DNA of 64,000 nt from Takakia lepidozioides. Its lineage: Eukaryota > Plantae > Bryophyta. Location of the stretch: positions 46,500,001 to 46,564,000 of the forward strand of contig CM060732.1 of assembly GCA_030704615.1 (NCBI GenBank). Reading direction: 5' to 3'. The position numbers and the translations under genes were made by a program. Positions 61,301-64,000 of this stretch are shown piece by piece; the first letter of the stretch is position 1, and each line of letters starts with the position of its first letter. The notes under the pieces were generated by a model. The model had not been told where the DNA came from. It searched no databases and saw nothing but the letters and a program-made list of their open reading frames with translations.

Positions 61301-62394
61301 AAGGTTGGAAGCTAGTTTAGCATAGAGCAGGAATAGGGTGCCATAGTGCCACGTCATCGTCGCCACGTTTCGTAGACAGGTCATCGTAACCAGGTCATCG
61401 TAGACACGTCATTGTCGTCGTCAATTTCTTTGGAATCTGCCCGGACGGCCCGCGCGAAAGAGGCCAATAGAAATCACCGCGCCAACGTTTTTGGAACTGC
61501 CCGCAATGCCCGGATCTTGATCTTCTTGAACTGCAGGAGCTCTGCGTTTTTCGCCATCGTTCACCTTGCAAGCACAGGCATGGATAGCTGAAGGAGCAGG
61601 GATCGAGTGTGGGTCCAGATTTCAAGATCTAGATTACCTATGATTCGAAAAGACAACAAATGGGGAGGAGTTTCTTGCAACGGAATCGGAAGCTTTCACT
61701 CGTGATTGGGTGGGAAAGAAGAAAAGTGCAACTTAGAGTACACCTTACTTCCTTGTTTCAGACCCGCACAGTGAGTCTCCGTGATTGATTTTCCATGAGC
61801 ACGAAGGGTATGTCAGGTTGTGTTCAGATGCAGAAACAAAACTGGGTAGAATTCACCACCGGACTTCATGGTGTGGGTGAGTAGGTGATCGTGCTACCTC
61901 GCTGCCCAGTTCTCGTCAGAGCAGCTCCATTCTGGCTGAGGAGAAGCTCGATTCATTGAAAAGGATTCATGAGCAAGAGGTAGGGCACATTTAGATTTCA
62001 GACATGGTATACATCAGATACTTCATTTGCAAATCATGTTAACAGATCCAGATACAAGGCAAGTCTCCCGATTCCATAAGCAGTGATATATCAAGCATAT
62101 ATTATAACGCCATTTCTAGTTTCTGCTTCTGCCACAATTTCCCCACAGATGCCAGCTAAAGGACCAACAGCCACACTTTGATGATAGGGGGTGCCTTGAG
62201 AACACCCTCATCAAGAATTACCCAGTGATATTGTGACACAATTGATCAAATCAGGCACTGCTTTCTTCAACACATTTCACCCGTTTTTCCCTCTCTAAGA
62301 TCTGCCCTAAATTTCCATGTTGAATTCTGCAAGTTAGTTGGTTGAGTGAATCTAGTTTGGAGTGACTTTGACATAATACTGCCAATGTGACAAC

Positions 62395-63585
62395 ATGGAA
62401 GTATCCAGAAACAGGTAACAGAGACGAGGAGAGGCTATGAATACTTTTCTGACCCCAGTCAATGGTGGGACAATGGAGGCAAAAGATGAATGCCTCACAG
62501 AGAGTAGCAGATGCAATTAAGCATAGGAACTAGTGTGATAAGTTGAGTTGGGTGTTTCCTAGAACAAATCTAGTCTGTCATTGTTAGCTGATAGCAGCAA
62601 GGCAAGGATGTATGTATGATTTGTGGAGAGGCATGGATAGCTGAAGAAGCAGGGATAGTGTGTGGGTGGACAGATTCATCCAAGAGGGTCGGACTTCAAG
62701 CTCCAGATGACCTATGATTCCATGTGGATCAATAGCTACAATAAACCTGCATGGGTAGATGGTCAACTAAAGGCAGCAGCTGCAGCGGCACAGTTGATAG
62801 AATCAGGCACCTCAACCATGACCACAGCTTCTGAAGAGAGATCAAGAGAGGGAGTCCACAATGCCTCTTCTGGCACTTCTGGGCATGTGAAGATACTTTA
62901 TGCAGCAGGCAGCCTGACAGAGGCTCTACAGACTCCAAACCAAGGAGGTTTTTTCAGCGGATTCAGATACGTATGTCTGTCTCTTGCTTAAGTGCATCAA
63001 GATGGAAGGTCTGGAAGCTGGAAAGCAGGTGCACACTCACTGGATAGCTACAAAAAACCTGCATGGGTAGATGGTCAACTGGAAGCCGCAGCAGCAGCGG
63101 TACAATTGATAATTCAGGCACTGCTAATGAAGGCACTTCAACACATTTACCCCTGTTTTCCCCTCTTATAATCGGCCCTAAATTTTAATGTTGAATTCTG
63201 CAAGTTAGCTGGTTGAGTGAACCTGGGATAGGTTGGAGTGACTTTGACATGATACTGCCAATGTGACGACAAGAAAGTATCCACAAACAGGTAATAGAGA
63301 TGAGGAGAAGCTGTGGAATGAATACTTTTCTGATCCCAATCAATGGTGGGACAACCGAGGCAAAAAGATGAATGCCTGTCAGATTACTAGATGTCATTCT
63401 GAACACTGCCCCTGCCCTGGTGGACATGTATGCCAAATGTGGGTGCATCGAGGATGCCAAGGGAGTGTTCAACACTATGGCTGAACATGTTGGTGTTCAT
63501 GGAGTGCGATGCTTGCAGGGTATGCACAGCAGGGGTGCGAGATGGAGGCTTTGGAGACCTATGAGCAAATGATGGGGGAAGGGGT
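62395..63585 (+). pseudogene. Rearranged PPR gene fragments with OSB-type PDF motif pieces
   Basis: LWNEYFSDPNQWWDNRGKK (about 63310-63370, second copy about 62430-62490), HPRGSDFKLQMTYDSMWINSYNKPAWV (62677-62757), KCIKMEGLEAGKQVHTH, ALVDMYAKCGCIEDAKGVF, MLAGYAQQGCEMEALETYEQM; frameshifts and internal duplications. Confidence 0.75.
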
Positions 63586-63935
63586 TTTCGTGCTTCCCTA
63601 CCTGTCCACTTATTCTCGAGTCATCTCATACTGGGTAACCTTCCAGGGCCTTCCGCCATTTGAGGGAATCGTTCATATTAGCAGTGGCGTTCGGTCACTG
63701 TTTCAAAGGAATAAACCGTGTGAATTTCTGTACAGATTCATTGGCGCTTCAGAGTAGACACATTTAGATTTTCTTTTCGTGCTTCCCTATCTGTCCACTT
63801 ATTATCGAATCACTGCATATTGGGTAACCTTCCAGGGCCTTCCGCCATTTGAGGGATCGTTCATGTTTCGGTCACTGTTTCAAAGGAATAAACCTTGTGA
63901 ACGTCTGTACATATTCATTGGCGCTTCAGAGTGGA
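63584..63935. repeat. Two-copy tandem duplication (about 160-190-bp unit)
   Basis: ttttcgtgcttcccta.ctgtccactt...gggtaaccttccagggccttccgccatttgaggga...ttcattggcgcttcagagt at about 63584 and 63774. Confidence 0.85.
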
Positions 63936-64000
63936 GACATGAGCGCTGGTGATGATTCGTAACAACGACATTAGTCCTATTGGCAGTTGGCAGATGTCAA

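Overview
Nuclear DNA of a land plant, most likely a non-seed plant such as a bryophyte (inferred from PLS-class PPR genes, a Tcn1-type chromovirus and GT-AG intron structure). There are two gene islands separated by about 26 kb of nested transposons. Left island: the 3' end of a PLS-E PPR gene, an intronless DeSI/PPPDE peptidase (-), and a divergently transcribed multi-exon Kelch-repeat/coiled-coil gene (+, 5329-15382). Middle block: MITEs, tRNA-derived SINEs, a full-length decayed Ty3/Gypsy chromovirus (19133-25535) with a self-priming PBS and an intact extra 3' ORF, a non-autonomous element carrying an array of long palindromes, and a second unusual Ty3/Gypsy element (about 33350-40807) with an upstream ORF, a -1 frameshift signal, a dUTPase-like segment and no visible 5' LTR. 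Right island: a large BAT2/PRRC2-like gene resembling Arabidopsis At3g50370 (+, 41788-59585) with clustered frameshifts, then a CACTA end and scrambled PPR fragments joined to OSB-type PDF motifs. Eight 5'-truncated copies of one RTE-like LINE 3' end are scattered through the window. Coordinates and exon structures were read by eye and some boundaries are approximate.
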